Assembly (NCBI GenBank): GCA_047495785.1
Contig: JBLDXI010000024.1
Coordinates: forward strand, 5,419,659-5,483,658
Source of the DNA: Lepidodermella squamata
Taxonomy: Eukaryota; Animalia; Gastrotricha
DNA length: 64,000 nt
Reading direction: 5' to 3'
Shown here: positions 24,600-37,033 of the stretch, one piece after another
Layout of the letters: every line of letters starts with the position of its first letter
How positions within the stretch are numbered: position 1 is the stretch's first letter
The notes under the pieces: model-generated
What the model saw: the letters and a program-made list of their open reading frames with translations, nothing else
Database searches by the model: none
What the model was told of the DNA's origin: nothing
Program-made: the position numbers and the translations under genes

Positions 24600-27500
24600 T
24601 GGTGGTGTGTTCACTCAGATAATTTATTATTGTTATTATCATCATTATCGTTATCATCGATCATCACTTTTTTCTTTCTTTTCATTATTATCAGTATTAT
24701 AGCGCATGTTGTTGTGTAAATTGTCGCCATTTTGTTGAAATTGGCGTTGGGAGTACGCCATGCAATAAGCAGGCAGGCGTAACAACACACAGGGCCTGCG
24801 ATTATTCATCTTTTTCTGTCAGTCTTCTTCTTCGTCTTCCTCTTCTTGTCAATTTTCGATTAGGTAGGTATTCGACGAATGACAAATAAATCAGCAACAT
24901 GAATGGCTGGCTCTACAGGTGATAGATATGTATATTCGTGAATCCAGCAAGCAGCCATGATGATGCATCAACGTGTCGTAAGTATCTTCGAGAATAACAC
25001 AGACACACAAGAACAAGAAGAAGAAGAAGAAGAAGAAAAACATATGACAGCAGGCTGTTTTCGTCACAGAGAGAGAGAGAGAGAGAGAGAGAAGAATGCG
25101 AACAAGAATGAATATTTCGTTCATTCCCTTGATTTGTGTCTTTGGTTTTTTGCTTGCTAAATTGGCTGGTGTTTTCGGAACCATGTCAACGGGCTGCGCG
25201 CATGTGTGTGTGCGTGTGTCTTTCTCTGTTATATCCATTATTATTGTTAATATTTGTTGATCGGTAGTAGTAGTAGTAGTAATCTTTGTACAACATACAA
25301 ACATGAAGTTGAAAACGAGAACGAAGAACAAGAAAAAAGAATAAGAATTATTAGAGAATAAGAAGAACTTAGAAGAAGAAGAAGAAGATTAAGAAGATGT
25401 TGCGTTGCGGGCGTCGAAGAAAGCCATCATCATCATCGATATTTCTCTCGCTTTTTTTTTAGAAAAAAATGATTAAACAAACAAACAAAATGATGGCCGA
25501 TGATGACACATGTAAACTAGTATGCTAGTAGTAGTAGTAGTAGTAGTAGTTCGAAGTGGTTTTCAGAGTGGTGGTGGTGGTTGTCACACGCGAGCAGGCA
25601 GGCAGGCAGGCAGGCAGGCACACACACACACATAGGTGGTACATAGGTAATAAATAATACAAATATGCAGCAATAGCCTCGGCGAATCAATCACGAATCA
25701 AATGGCATCCATCATCATCTTTTATCTTGCAATTTCGCAGCGATGAACCGTTGAAATATTATCATATCATAGAAGTAGTACGATGTAAAAATGCTGAATA
25801 CTACATACATAATCGCTTATCGATTTGAGGGACGACGACGACGACGAAAAAAGAACAGTCATCGAAAAAAAACTCGGGAATATTAAGAAGAAGAGAAGAG
25901 CGAGCGAGCGAGCTTTTGCTTGCTTGCTTGAGATACAAAGTGCAGTTTCATCATCATCATCATCATCATCATCATTGGCAATCAATCGCATTGTGTCAAA
26001 TGCGCGTGAAAACACATTCACATGTTGTCACAGTCGTAGTCGTAGTAGAAGTATGAAATTACAACGATTTGATATAAGATATAATATGTAAGAAGAAGTA
26101 TAGAAATAATTCGCATATTAACAAGTATTATTATTACTGTGTTCGGTATTGTTATTATTATGACCAGCAATTGTTCGAAATATCACTTTGATCATCATCA
26201 TCATCAATTTCTAACATACATAGTAGGTACCATCATCAGTATTATCAGTAATCAATTAAGAAACGACGAATAGAGCAGTCAGTAGTAGTAGTAGTAGCGC
26301 GTACGTGTACAAAACACTAACTACAACAGAACTCAATGAAGAAGAAGAATGATGACAATTGCTTTTGGTCTGGCCGATGACTGATATCATCTATCTAGTC
26401 TGTCTTTACTACATACTACCAATGCAGGTAGCAGCGAGCGAGCGAGCAAGCAAGCATACTTGACTTATAGTCCATCGCCATCGATTGCGACGATATTATT
26501 GCAATCGTACGACGGCGGTAAGGGCGATTTCAAGGGCGCACAATGGCCTTATTGTAGCGAATTGAAACGAATTGACAACGATGAGAAGAGAACAATGCGT
26601 ACGGGCGAGCGATACTCTAGATACCTAACAGAAGATGCATGGCAGGATGGATGGCTACTACGTAGGAACTCATTCAATGAGTCTTTGAACGTCTTTGAAC
26701 GAGTAGATAATCAAGCATGGATCGATGGATGGATGATGACGGGGAGACAAGACACGTAACACCTAATAAAACATCATCATCATCATCATCATGAGGGTGT
26801 AGGCACTACGTACTAATAGTCAGTGGTCAAAGTAGCCTAGAACAAGCTACACAGTTGTTGTTGTTGTTGTTGTTGTATCTCTGGCAGAACAAGAGACAGA
26901 GATGGATAGATACATGGAGAGGTCAGAGATGAGACGGAGAACGCAAGTTGTTGCATGCGAGTGGGTGGGTGACTATAATTATGATGCTGATGAAACAAGA
27001 AACAAGAAGAAGAAGAAGGCGAAAACATTAAATTGATACAAATCGGCGTCTCATTTAAGACACGTGCTGATTCGCCCATCGCCCTGCCCTGTCTATCTGT
27101 CTATCTAGCGTGGTGGTAGATTTTGCGAGTTTTACTAAGCACAGAGTAGAAAACAGAGAGAGAGAGAGAGAAGAGATTGGTACTCTACAAGGCTACAAGT
27201 AAGTAAGTATGTATCGCCTATCATCATCATCATCATCCGTATTATTATTTCTATTATGAGACTGTCTTGTTGTTGTTGCTGTTGTAGTCAAAGTGGGTGT
27301 GTAGTTCGGCTGCTAACTACTGAGACTGAAACTTGAACTGCTGCTGCTGCTGCTATTTCACGCGCTTGTTCAACGAGGCTGTTGCTGCTGCTGCTGTAGT
27401 AGTAGAAGATGATGACGACGAGGTCGAGCCACTGCCGCCTGGCACACCCGTCGAGGTTGAGCCGCCGCCGCCGCCGCCTATCGAGGCGATGCCGACGCCT

Positions 27501-30420
27501 GAAAAACGACATTGTATGTTAAACATTAGGTACTTGAATGCAACAATTTCGCCAATAAATACACAACATTTTTGTATTAGTGCATGATACTACCTACTTA
27601 ATCATGAATGACCCCCCCACTGCAATCATTCACAGTCACGCCTCACAGTCGCCACTGTTTTACACTGTTGTTTGTTTTTTCAGCCTCTCATGTCAGCCAA
27701 TTGTTTAGCAAAGCAACTTGAATTTTCTAGTCGCAGCGTGCCTAAACAATTCAAGTGCTGCCTGCCTGATGATTTCATGATGAGGCACCGCGCACCGCAT
27801 AGTCAACTGATGATAGGTACTACTTTCCGAGTGTTCAAATAGTGCAAGTTGCAAGTTTCATCTCAGTTGCACTTCAGCTACCATCCATCCTCCATCCAGT
27901 TTTGTGAGACATTTGCGAATTCGATAGCTTGCCCATGAAAAATCACTCACTCACTCACCCGGCGGCTGCTGCGAAATCTACCGAAACCACGTGATCATCG
28001 CGTACAGCAAAAGCCTATCTACCTACGCCTATCAAATGTGATGACGGCTCGGCGTCGTCGTTGTTGATACGAATGTCAAACTGCGACAAAAATGCGCAGC
28101 GAGGAGGAGCCTGCCGCCGCCGAAATTGCGAGTGTCACACACTGTCGAGGTCAAGTTGTTGCCCGCAGTAAAAGTGCCCGCTCATTTCAATTTTAAAATT
28201 ATACAGAATACTATTGTCAAACCCACCGACATACATATTATTGTGGCTGCTAACGAGGCGTGACTGTGACTGACCGTGTACACTACTACAAATGCATAGT
28301 AGTTACCTATAATGCTTACCTATATTAGGCGACGTGTTCGAGATCGAGTTGTTGTTTGAAGAGGACGAAGAACCGGCAGGTGACCGTCCACCCCCACCGC
28401 CAGCAGCTGTGCTCGTAGAACCACCGCCTTGTAGCCTCGCGCTACTCGCAGCTGCATTCGAGTTCGAGGATGATGGCGCTAGAGACGCAGTGCCATCCGT
28501 CGGTGGCACGCGTACAGGCAACTGAGCCGTGCCGCCTTGGCTGTTCTGTTGCTGTAGCTGTTGGCTGCTCTGGCCCTGGTGCTGTACAGCCGAGAGAAGG
28601 CTGACGCCGGACTGGAAGATGCGCGGCTTCTGGCCGACGGGCATGCGCGTCAACGCCGTCTCGACGTCGGCGAGCTGGCGCCAGAACTCGTCGCGCTCCT
28701 TCTCGCGCCGCTTCGCCCCCGCCACCACGTCCTTGTTCTTCGCCGTCAGCTCGTTGAACAACGCCGTGTTCATGTCCTGCGAATTCATGTGAATATACGT
28801 AAATAAAAATCAGAAATAAATCAGAAACATCAATCACGCAGAACCGCCACATTGACGTTGCAGCCATACCCCATTTCACACGTTCATTGCTCGCTCAGTA
28901 CCGCGTTCTTATTAATTATTAACATTGGTTGGTCGCTGAATTCATCTTACGCCTGTGTTTCTGATCGCTTCCGCTGCTTTTTACGCCAATAATTACTTAT
29001 TAGATTAGAGCGAGCCCACACACGTCTCATCAATAATCGATAATCGATAATCGATCAATGGATCGCAACACCACTACTGCTGCTGCGAGTGATTGGCCCT
29101 ACAGGGATGGATGGATGTGATGGACGATCACAATTGCGGTGATGATGATGATGGTAGATGAATGTTAAAGCGAGGCGCAAAAAACAAGTCCGTGTTCGTT
29201 CGTTTTCTCACATTACATTGCATTGCATTGCATTGCATTCAATTAACTTAGCTAACAGTCAGTCAGCCGAGTCGATCAATGACAATTTACTACTACTGCA
29301 TATCGCATTATCAATTTATATCGATCACTCTTCTGTAACTGACTGACTGCTGAATATGATGACATCATGATGAAATCCTACTATTGTGCCTTTTGGTCTT
29401 TCTCAATCATAAATAATGTCATGTTTTCATCTCAACTGTACATCATCGATACATCATCTCGATGCAGATAGCAGGCACAAACGATGAGTAGTAGTAGTAG
29501 TAGTAGATCAAATCAATCAATCAATCGATATCGACCCGCATCGATCGATGCTACCACCAATCGCATTAGTAGATTTTGATGAAATCGGCCATTTAAATGT
29601 TGCAGCAGCAGCAGCAGCACATGACGATGCAATAATGACTACGATTTAGGCTACGACGACGAATGCGACAGCGAATCGAAGAAACGGACGGACGGACGAT
29701 CGAAATAATAGCAATCTGATGCGCGAGCGAACACACGGACTAGTAAACTTGCCATCGCTCGATACAGCTCTAGTAGTAGTAGTAGTAGTAGCGCGTGTGT
29801 AATGCAGTTTAGCAGCAGCAGCAACAACAGCAGCAGTAGTAGTAGACGGCGACGAAGAAGAAGAAGAATCGCCTTAGCCGCGCCTCACCCACTAGCCGTA
29901 GTAGTAGTAGTAGTAGTAGTAGCGTTTTTCTACTCTGCTACTACTATTGCTACTACTACTACTGCTGCTGCTGCTATTATTAGCAACTGCCGTACGCATG
30001 CTACTGTTGCTGCTGCTGCAGCCCTAACTGCGCTACTTGTTCATTTTTCTTTATAATATAGATGTGTTTGTTTGTTTGCTCGATTATTAATAGTACTATC
30101 ATCATCATCATCATCATACGCTATATTGCGATTGTAGCAGCAGCAGCAGCAGCCATGAGCAGTTAGCCGCCAACTTCATACATACAGACATACATACATG
30201 CATACATGGCAGCGCGTATCGATTCAACTGAAGAATATCAATCTCGCTCTTTATAAACATAATATACGATTGTAGCACTCACTCACTCGATCGCTCACTC
30301 GCTAAATCTAATGTAATTGATCGATGTGACACTCGTCACAATCGCTAGCTAGCTCATTCATTCATTCACTCGCTCGCTCAATTCTCCTCATCCAAATAAG
30401 TAAGTAAGTAAGTGAACTCA
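24600..30420. repeat. Microsatellite-rich non-coding sequence: (TAG)n, (ATC)n, (AAG)n, (CAG)n, (AG)n, (GCAG)n around the PP2A B56 3' exons
   Basis: Many short perfect tracts, e.g. near 25018, 25070, 25527, 25595, 25948, 29898. Confidence 0.8.
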
Positions 30421-32150
30421 ACCAAGTACTTACCATGAGCACTTTTAACACGTTGAAAGCCAGTGACACAATGGTTCGGTTCCAGTGCGCCTGTTCCTTC
30501 GAGATCCGATACTGTTCAATACACAAACAAACAACAATTGTTGAATTAAACAATTAGAGACTATATAACAAATGAAAAGCTGGTGCGCGGACCTCTTACG
30601 CCGAATCAGCCATCACTATCAATTAGCAATTGCAATTATCAGTATTTCCTATTTCGGTTAATTGACACAATCTAGAAACTTGGTCAGCAGTTCATTTACT
30701 CAACAGGTGTCGAAAAGGTTCAACACTTGAGTAAAATCGCATTAACATCCAAGAAAAAAGTAACAATTGACTCGCTGACTGATTCGGTCATTGAAGGATG
30801 TGAAAACGTGCGAATAAAACTTACGAGAGATGGAAAGATGATGGGCATTATCACCGTAATGTTCTCCTCCACCAACGACAGCAACTGAAAACAGCAAATG
30901 AAATGCATAAAAACACACTATATAGACAGCATTGAACGTACGTATTCGTTGTTGAAGAGGAAGAGCGCGCGCTCCGAGACCTGGAAGTGCGGCGACTGCA
31001 TGCAGCGCGCGATCATGCCGAACAGCTCGACCATGATCAGCTTGAACTGCGTCGCGTCGACGATCTCGAGAATCTCCTCGAGCTCGCCTAGAAACATCAC
31101 CTCTTTGCGCGAGCACGTCTTCGGCCAGTAGCGGAGCACGCTGCGCACGACCGGCTCCGTGAGCGTCGCGTCCTTCTCCAGGAACTGCACCACGCAGTAC
31201 GTGAGCTGCGCGTGGAAGAACGCCAGCGAGCGCGCCGTGTGCAGCGGCAGCAGCACCTTTATCAGAAACTGCTTGTGCTCCGCTTTCAGCGGCAGCGCGA
31301 AGCCGTTGATGATCGAGCCGAGGATCTCCAGCAGCTCGCCGACCCCGTTGAACTTCTCCGTCTCGTAGACGAAGCGCAGGAAGATGTTGTTGATCTGCTT
31401 GCGGATGAACGCGCGCAGCCCCAGGAACTTGCCGTAGATGCGGTGCAGCACCGTCTTCAGGTAGTCGCGTTCGCGCGGGTCCTCGCTGTCGAACAGCTCC
31501 AGCACCTGCAACACGAACTTCTGGTCCAGGTACCGCTTCGCCACGTTCGGCTGGAACTCGGGCGACTCGAGGAAGCGCAGGAACAGCTCGTACACGAGTT
31601 GCAGGTGCGGCCACGCCAGCTCCAGCTCCGGCTCGTCCTCCTCCGGGTCAAAGTCCTGCATCTCGACGGGCGGGAGGGCGCGGAACACATTGACACTAAC
31701 CATCTTCACCACCTCCGGGTACACCGCGTCCGACAGCACGCCCTTGTTCGTGCCGATGTAGTCGATCAGCTCGTTCAGCACCGCCCGCTTCACCTCCTTG
31801 CTCTTCACGTCCGTCACCGCGTCGCTGAAGTCGAACAACACGCAGCACTGCTGCAGCTTCCGCACCAGCAGCTCCACCTGCTCGCTCGCCGACGCGTCCT
31901 TCAGCAGCGGCAGCGGCGTCAGCTCCGTGTGCGTGCTGTTCGAGAAGCGTGACGTCGACCCGCCGCCGTGCGACATGCCCTTGCCCTTGCTGCGCCCCGG
32001 CACCTTCAGCGGGTCGCCCTGCTCCTTCTTCATGTACGTATCTAGGAAATCGCCCGGTGCCTTCTCCACTTGCGACGAGTGCAACGCCGCCTGCGACGGG
32101 CCGTGACTCCCCGACGATGGCCCGTGCTTACTACTACCCGTTAATGACAT
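27353..32150 (-). CDS. PPP2R5: Protein phosphatase 2A regulatory subunit B' (B56). Exons 32150-30942, 30884-30825, 30511-30434, 28776-28320, 27498-27353
   Basis: B56 motifs [92 protein letters not shown] and HWNRTI. Splice phases checked; stop TAG at 27355-27353. Confidence 0.96.
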
Positions 32151-33369
32151 AACGATAATGTTGCTGATGCTGCTGCTGATGGTCTCAGCAACAATGACAA
32201 TAATAATAACAACCTAGTCAACTTGTCTGTTGCCGGTCCAGCTCAAGGCCAGCCTCTTTTAATCACCTATAAGAAGAAAATAAAACAGAGTAAAAAAAGC
32301 ACCATTCACAACAGACTTCCTAGACAGAAGAAAGCGTATATAAGATTGAAGATATGCGTTATGAGATTGAAATTCAGCAAGCAATACACTTTTTACTTTT
32401 GGTCTTTCATCGGGATGACAGATGGATATATAAGCCCAACCGCCACTAACCCGACGATACGCTTGGGCATCGGTTAGGCAAGTTTGACAAGAGTCACCTG
32501 GTGAGCTTTTACACGAGCCTCGTGGTGCAATAAACTAGAGAATTAGTTGAACCAATTCTACCATATTCCGTGGCGTCTTGGTTGCACGCATGCTCTCAGG
32601 ATGGCTGTCCCGTGTCCCGCACAACGTACAACTCACTTTCGTTCTCTTCATCAAAGGTCCAATAAATCGCAGCTCGGCTATTTTTTAAACCTGAAATGGC
32701 TGTGGAGCTCTCATCATCAATGGGACTCTTTATTTTCCCGTGTTTAGCATTTAGCCTAAGCTTCGTTGGCTTCGTCAACAGGCAACAGGAGACGAACAGT
32801 TCTTAATGTAAGTATGCTACATGTATATGATAAATGGTAGTGGATATTTTCGACTAGAAATAACTCTACATCTTCCACTCCTGTTCCTGGAAACTGGAAA
32901 TATCATGCATGACATTGAAGTAATAAGTCAAGTTATCTTCAGCCACATTAACAGAAAAAATTGGAAAATGGCCTTCAGGTAACCTTGAAAGTTAAGAATC
33001 CTGTTAGAAGTTGAAACAATGTTTACAAAGTAAATTTGTGTAGGTAGAGATGTTGTCGTCGGGTAATAATTTTGTCCTTTGCCATTGCCATTTGTCCCGG
33101 CGCCTAGCGGGGTTCGGAATTCTTCAACGAACCGTTCACACATGCAGTGTTTTACCCACAGGCTTCCGAAATCCAAAAACCGGCTCCCCATACGATCAAC
33201 CATGTAACCACTTAATTTCTGATAACATTCCTAAATTATTATTCCACAAATTAGGAAATTTTAAAATTAAAGCAACGCAAATTATAGTAAAATACAAAAT
33301 TAAAAAGGTCAAAATGTATTTCCAGTTTTGAGTGGCGTCCATAGCTACGACAGCACTATCTCTGCTACC

Positions 33370-33915
33370 CTTTGAAGTTGCGTTCGACACCATTGATCGC
33401 AACAAGCCGATGTCTATACTTCAATAAATCATCGACGACTCGGAACTGGCACTGATACACCTTCTACTCAAGGATATGAAGCTTGAAATTTCGTTCGGCA
33501 AAGCGGCTGATAGTATTGAAACGATTATCGGAAGCCCAGGGAGCCCAAGGAGATTCGCTCTCACCTGTTCTATTCATCATATACCTCGAAGCAAGTTTGA
33601 GAGCTCTCAGGGCTGCTCTGCCTCAGCCGACCGAAGAGCTCACATACGCTGATGACACGGACTGGATCACCAGCAACATGGATAAGGCCGATCTTATCGG
33701 AGAAACCACAGCAGCGAAACTAGCGTCTGACAACCTGCTCGTCAACAAAACAAGAAGGAGTTGGTCAACTACGGTCTGATCCCCGTATATCCCTTGCCTT
33801 CAATACCGCAATCAATAAACAGCACCGAAGACGTCACTCTCCTGAAAGATGCTGCTGCAGATCGCGAACGTTTGAAAGCTGTGGTGAAACTCGCGGCATC
33901 CTCTGCTATGCAGTG
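33370..33915 (+). mobile_element. Degenerate, internally deleted non-LTR retrotransposon (RTE-like) reverse transcriptase fragment
   Basis: AFDTIDR, QGDSLSPVLFIIYLE and YADD, then a jump to a C-terminal-like LKDAAADRERLKAVV. Contains frameshifts and stops. Confidence 0.8.
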
Positions 33916-34313
33916 AAATGTTTTAATTAACTACTACTTGAGTTCGAACTTTTTCTTGCGGTTTTCTGCAACCTCTTTCGTCTATTATACGGGGTGGTGA
34001 TCCTAAGCTCCTTAACCACACCTTAATTCCTCAAGTACTAAAAGGTTGGTCTTCCTCTGATATTTTCAAAGTGTTACTGAAAAGGATTGTGGCAATGAAA
34101 TCCGGTGTATGAAAACATGTAATATCTGTCTAACCGTAGTATATGAAATTATAATATTTGTATCATTTAGATAATAAAGTTTTTATTGCGTTTTTCGGGT
34201 GCCAAAGCGTCCAATTGTTTATTTTGTATGATTGCTTTTTCCTTGCTCATTTCAGCTGCATTCGGCAGATTTCACCGCTTCGACGACTCACTTGCCGTGG
34301 CCTTGAATACGAC

Positions 34314-34386
34314 GGGGGATTAGCTCAAATGGTAGAGCGCTCGCTTAGCATGCGAGAGGTAACGGGATCGACGCCCGTATCCTCCA
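34314..34386 (+). tRNA. tRNA-Ala(AGC)
   Basis: GGGGGATTAGCTCAAATGGTAGAGCGCTCGCTTAGCATGCGAGAGG...CCTCCA. Cloverleaf intact, oligo-T terminator follows. Confidence 0.95.
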
Positions 34387-34463
34387 CAATTTTTTCTGCG
34401 TGGGGAAACGGTTTCTACGCCGATAAATGAGACGTAGGTCCTGATATTCTAGCTGTCATCATC

Positions 34464-34534
34464 GGCTCAGTAGCTTAGTGGTAGAGCGTCTGCCTAGTAA
34501 GAAGAAGATCGAGGGTTCGATCCCCCCTGAGCCT
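34464..34534 (+). tRNA. tRNA-Thr(AGT), with mismatches in the anticodon and T stems (possible pseudogene)
   Basis: GGCTCAG...CTGAGCC acceptor stem and CT-AGT-AA loop. TCTGC/GAAGA and GAGGG/CCCCC each have one mispair. Confidence 0.8.
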
Positions 34535-34617
34535 GGTCTTAGGTGAAATTTTTGAAAATAAATCCACGCAAATTCGCAGTCAGTTTTTATGTCGCAGGCG
34601 TGGAAATCATAAAAACG

Positions 34618-34689
34618 TTCCCTGACCGGGAATCACACCCGGGCCGCCGCGCTGAAAGCGCGGAATCCTAACCAGTAGACCATCAGGGA
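34618..34689 (-). tRNA. tRNA-Glu(TTC), with a damaged B-box (probable pseudogene)
   Basis: TCCCTGATGGTCTACTGGTTAGGATTCCGCGCTTTCA...; the T-loop reads GTGTGATT instead of GTTCGATT. Confidence 0.82.
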
Positions 34690-34784
34690 GATGATGACAA
34701 CAAGACCGCTGGACGTTGTGTTCATTCATTCAGTCTGACATTCAGCGCTTGCTTTTTGCACGTCGTCACAGGTAAAAATGCGGT

Positions 34785-34856
34785 GGGCCCGTTCGGGAAT
34801 TGAACCCGAGACCTCTCGCACCCGAAGCGAGAATCATACCCCTAGACCAACGGGCC
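34785..34856 (-). tRNA. tRNA-Pro(CGG)
   Basis: GGCCCGTTGGTCTAGGGGTATGATTCTCGCTTCGGGTGCGAGAGG...ACGGGCCC, intact. Confidence 0.95.
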
Positions 34857-34931
34857 GGTGCTACGCTACCGCTAGGAAGGTTCTACCTAAGCGTTCGTAG
34901 TGGCACTTGGGGTTACCAAAAACGTGGGGCA

Positions 34932-35004
34932 CGCCGAGACCCGGGATCGAACCAGGGACCTTTAGATCTTCAGTCTAACGCTCTCCCAACTGAGCTATCT
35001 CGGC
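34932..35004 (-). tRNA. tRNA-Phe(GAA)
   Basis: GCCGAGATAGCTCAGTTGGGAGAGCGTTAGACTGAAGATCTAAAGG..., intact. Confidence 0.95.
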
Positions 35005-35077
35005 TGTTATGTACAGAAGTGGTAAAGTTGATGCTTCGATTGCTCATTGCAGGCTGTTATAGTTTGATTACAAATTG

Positions 35078-35094
35078 CGCTCCTGGGTGGGCTC

Positions 35095-35134
<40 letters not shown>

Positions 35135-35151
35135 AATTGCGCCACAGAAGC
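35078..35151 (-). tRNA. tRNA-Asn(GTT)
   Basis: GCTTCTGTGGCGCAATTGGTTAGCGCGTTCGGCTGTTAACCGAAAGG..., intact. Confidence 0.95.
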
Positions 35152-35324
35152 TCACGGCAGGCGGAACTAGCAGGAGGCTAACGATTCGCCAAGGTCTGCG
35201 ATCTTGGGTCCAGTTCGATATGCAGTCATTAGAGTAGCGGACGCGATTTTATCCTTTACAGCCTTTACAGCCGACAAGCTTTTGTATGATACACCAGATT
35301 AACATCACCTCACCCCTCACTCGA

Positions 35325-35410
35325 CCCGCGATAGCTCAGCTGGTAGAGCGGAGGACTGTAGATGCAACGCAGCTATCCTTAGGTCGGTGGTTCAAGTCCG
35401 CCTCGCGGGA
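35325..35410 (+). tRNA. tRNA-Tyr(GTA) with a 13-nt intron (35362-35374)
   Basis: CCCGCGATAGCTCAGCTGGTAGAGCGGAGGACTGTAG[atgcaacgcagct]ATCCTTAGG...CGCGGGA. The intron is at the canonical 37/38 position. Confidence 0.93.
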
Positions 35411-35487
35411 TCGATGACTTTTTCAGCTGATAAGCAAGCGAATTCGGTTATTTTCGAGCCTCGCAGAAGCTTTGCCATCTTGGATCA

Positions 35488-35562
35488 GGCCCGTTGGTCT
35501 AGGGGTGTGATTCTCGCTTTGGGTGCGAGAGGTCTCGGGTTCAAATCCCGGATGACGGGCCC
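35488..35562 (+). tRNA. tRNA-Pro(TGG), with a 3-nt insertion between the T and acceptor stems (possible pseudogene)
   Basis: Nearly identical to the Pro(CGG) gene except for the anticodon and the extra bases in CCCGG-ATG-ACGGGCCC. Confidence 0.85.
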
Positions 35563-35634
35563 AAGCTTTTTGATTTAACTAAGCTGAAGCGGCGGGAAAA
35601 GGCACATGCAATAAATAACCTTGAGCATGTAATG

Positions 35635-36282
35635 TCCTTTATGCGGTCATTGCTAAGTACATCTTCCATGAAAAGCGGCCTGTCTTCGCCTGTTTCTACG
35701 AGTTTAAAAAGGCCTTTGACCGTGTACCGCACGACATCTTACTACGCAAATTGAGTAAAATCGGCGTTTCAAGGCATTATCTGTTTGTATTAGCTGACAT
35801 CTACAGCGACAATAAGGGCGGCCGAATGAGAGTCGAAGGTCCATCGAAGAGCAATTACTTCAAGATGGAGCTCGGAGTCAAACAAGGCGACGTTCTCTCC
35901 CCTCTCCTGTTTGCACTCTTGGTCTGTTATCTGCGCAACTATCTAGAAGCGAAAATCGACCCGGAGATATACCTTGCGGACAACAAGACGCTTCCCGATA
36001 TACAATTCGCCGGCGACACCACTACCCTAGCTCTGAAGGCCCGAACACTACAGCTAATGATGGTCGAGGTTGCGAACTATGGTCGGGAAATTGGGCTTGA
36101 ATTGAATGCTAAATAGTAGTATTCTGTCAGAAAAGAACTCAAAACCTGCGGGATTTAAATGACTACTTCTTCATTGATGGGACGAAGATCGAAGTCGTTT
36201 GGGAGTTCGTCTATATGGGTATCCCTATCTGCTACAACCTCAAATCACTACTGAAGTTGTTAAAGTCTGGGGATTTAATAAT
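35635..36282 (+). mobile_element. Non-LTR reverse transcriptase core fragment flanked by a 25-bp direct repeat (likely target-site duplication)
   Basis: FACFYEFKKAFDRVPH, GVKQGDVLSPLLF, QFAGD (decayed YADD) and IEVVWEFVYMG. AATAAATAACCTTGAGCATGTAATG at 35610-35634 and 36283-36307; short (TAA)n tail. Confidence 0.85.
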
Positions 36283-36443
36283 AATAAATAACCTTGAGCA
36301 TGTAATGCTGTCCCGGACAAGCGCCTTTTCGTGATGTGCCTGCGCCTTTTTTTCTTACCTTCCAAATTGTACATTTTCGTTCGTTTTATCTGGAAAAAAG
36401 GACAAAATAAAAAGCTTTTCGTTTCGTTTTCGCTATCATAGCG

Positions 36444-36514
36444 GCATCGGTGGTTCATTGGTAGCATTCTCGCCTGCCACGCGGGAGGCCCGGGTTCGAT
36501 TCCCGGCCGATACA
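36444..36514 (+). tRNA. tRNA-Gly(GCC), with D-arm and acceptor substitutions (possible pseudogene)
   Basis: GCATCGGTGGTTCATTGGTAGCATTCTCGCCTGCCACGCGGGAGG...CCGATACA. Confidence 0.85.
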
Positions 36515-36612
36515 AGCGGCCCTGTTTTTGCATGAAAGCTTTGAGCGGCTCCAAGCGAAAAATGAAACGCTGAAATTCAAAAGCACTGACAACAGACTCC
36601 ATCTCACCCAAA

Positions 36613-36687
36613 TCCTTGGTAGTATAGTGGTTAGTATCCCCGCCTGTCACGCGGGAGACGTGACAGATTCGATTCCCTGCCAAGGAG
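36613..36687 (+). tRNA. tRNA-Asp(GTC), with a disrupted T-arm (probable pseudogene)
   Basis: TCCTTGGTAGTATAGTGGTTAGTATCCCCGCCTGTCACGCGGGAGAC, then GTGACAGATTCGATTCCCTG in place of CAGGGTTCGATTCCCTG. Confidence 0.82.
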
Positions 36688-36759
36688 TCAGCTTTTTACA
36701 TGCGGCATGTGGATTTCAAGCAAATTTATTCAGTAATAAAGTGCAAAAATGTCGATTGC

Positions 36760-36832
36760 CGCCCGATGTGGGGCTCGAACCCACGACCCTGGGATTAAGA
36801 GTCCCATGCTCTACCGACTGAGCTAACCGGGC
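36760..36832 (-). tRNA. tRNA-Lys(CTT)
   Basis: GCCCGGTTAGCTCAGTCGGTAGAGCATGGGACTCTTAATCCCAGGG..., intact. Confidence 0.95.
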
Positions 36833-36922
36833 TTAGCCGACATAGCTGGTGACTGGGGCAGGTTCAAAGGCCAAAAGCAGGCATGCGACACGAGTCAGAG
36901 ACAGAGAGTGTTTAAAAACACT

Positions 36923-36990
36923 CGAGGCTGAGTCGAACCTGGAATCTTCTGATCCGTAGTCAGACGCGTTGTCCATTGCGCCACAACCCC
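36923..36990 (-). tRNA. tRNA-Arg(ACG) pseudogene, with 5 nt of the 3' T-stem deleted
   Basis: GGGGTTGTGGCGCAATGGACAACGCGTCTGACTACGGATCAGAAGATTCCAGGTTCGACT^CAGCCTCG lacks CCTGG. Confidence 0.85.
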
Positions 36991-37033
36991 ACGGTGTTGC
37001 TTTAGCATCAAATCGTGGATCGTGATACGTACT

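Noticed and set aside
24891-30056. Short ORFs with poly-S/V/F/D/Q runs
   Set aside because: They are translations of microsatellites in UTR or intron sequence.
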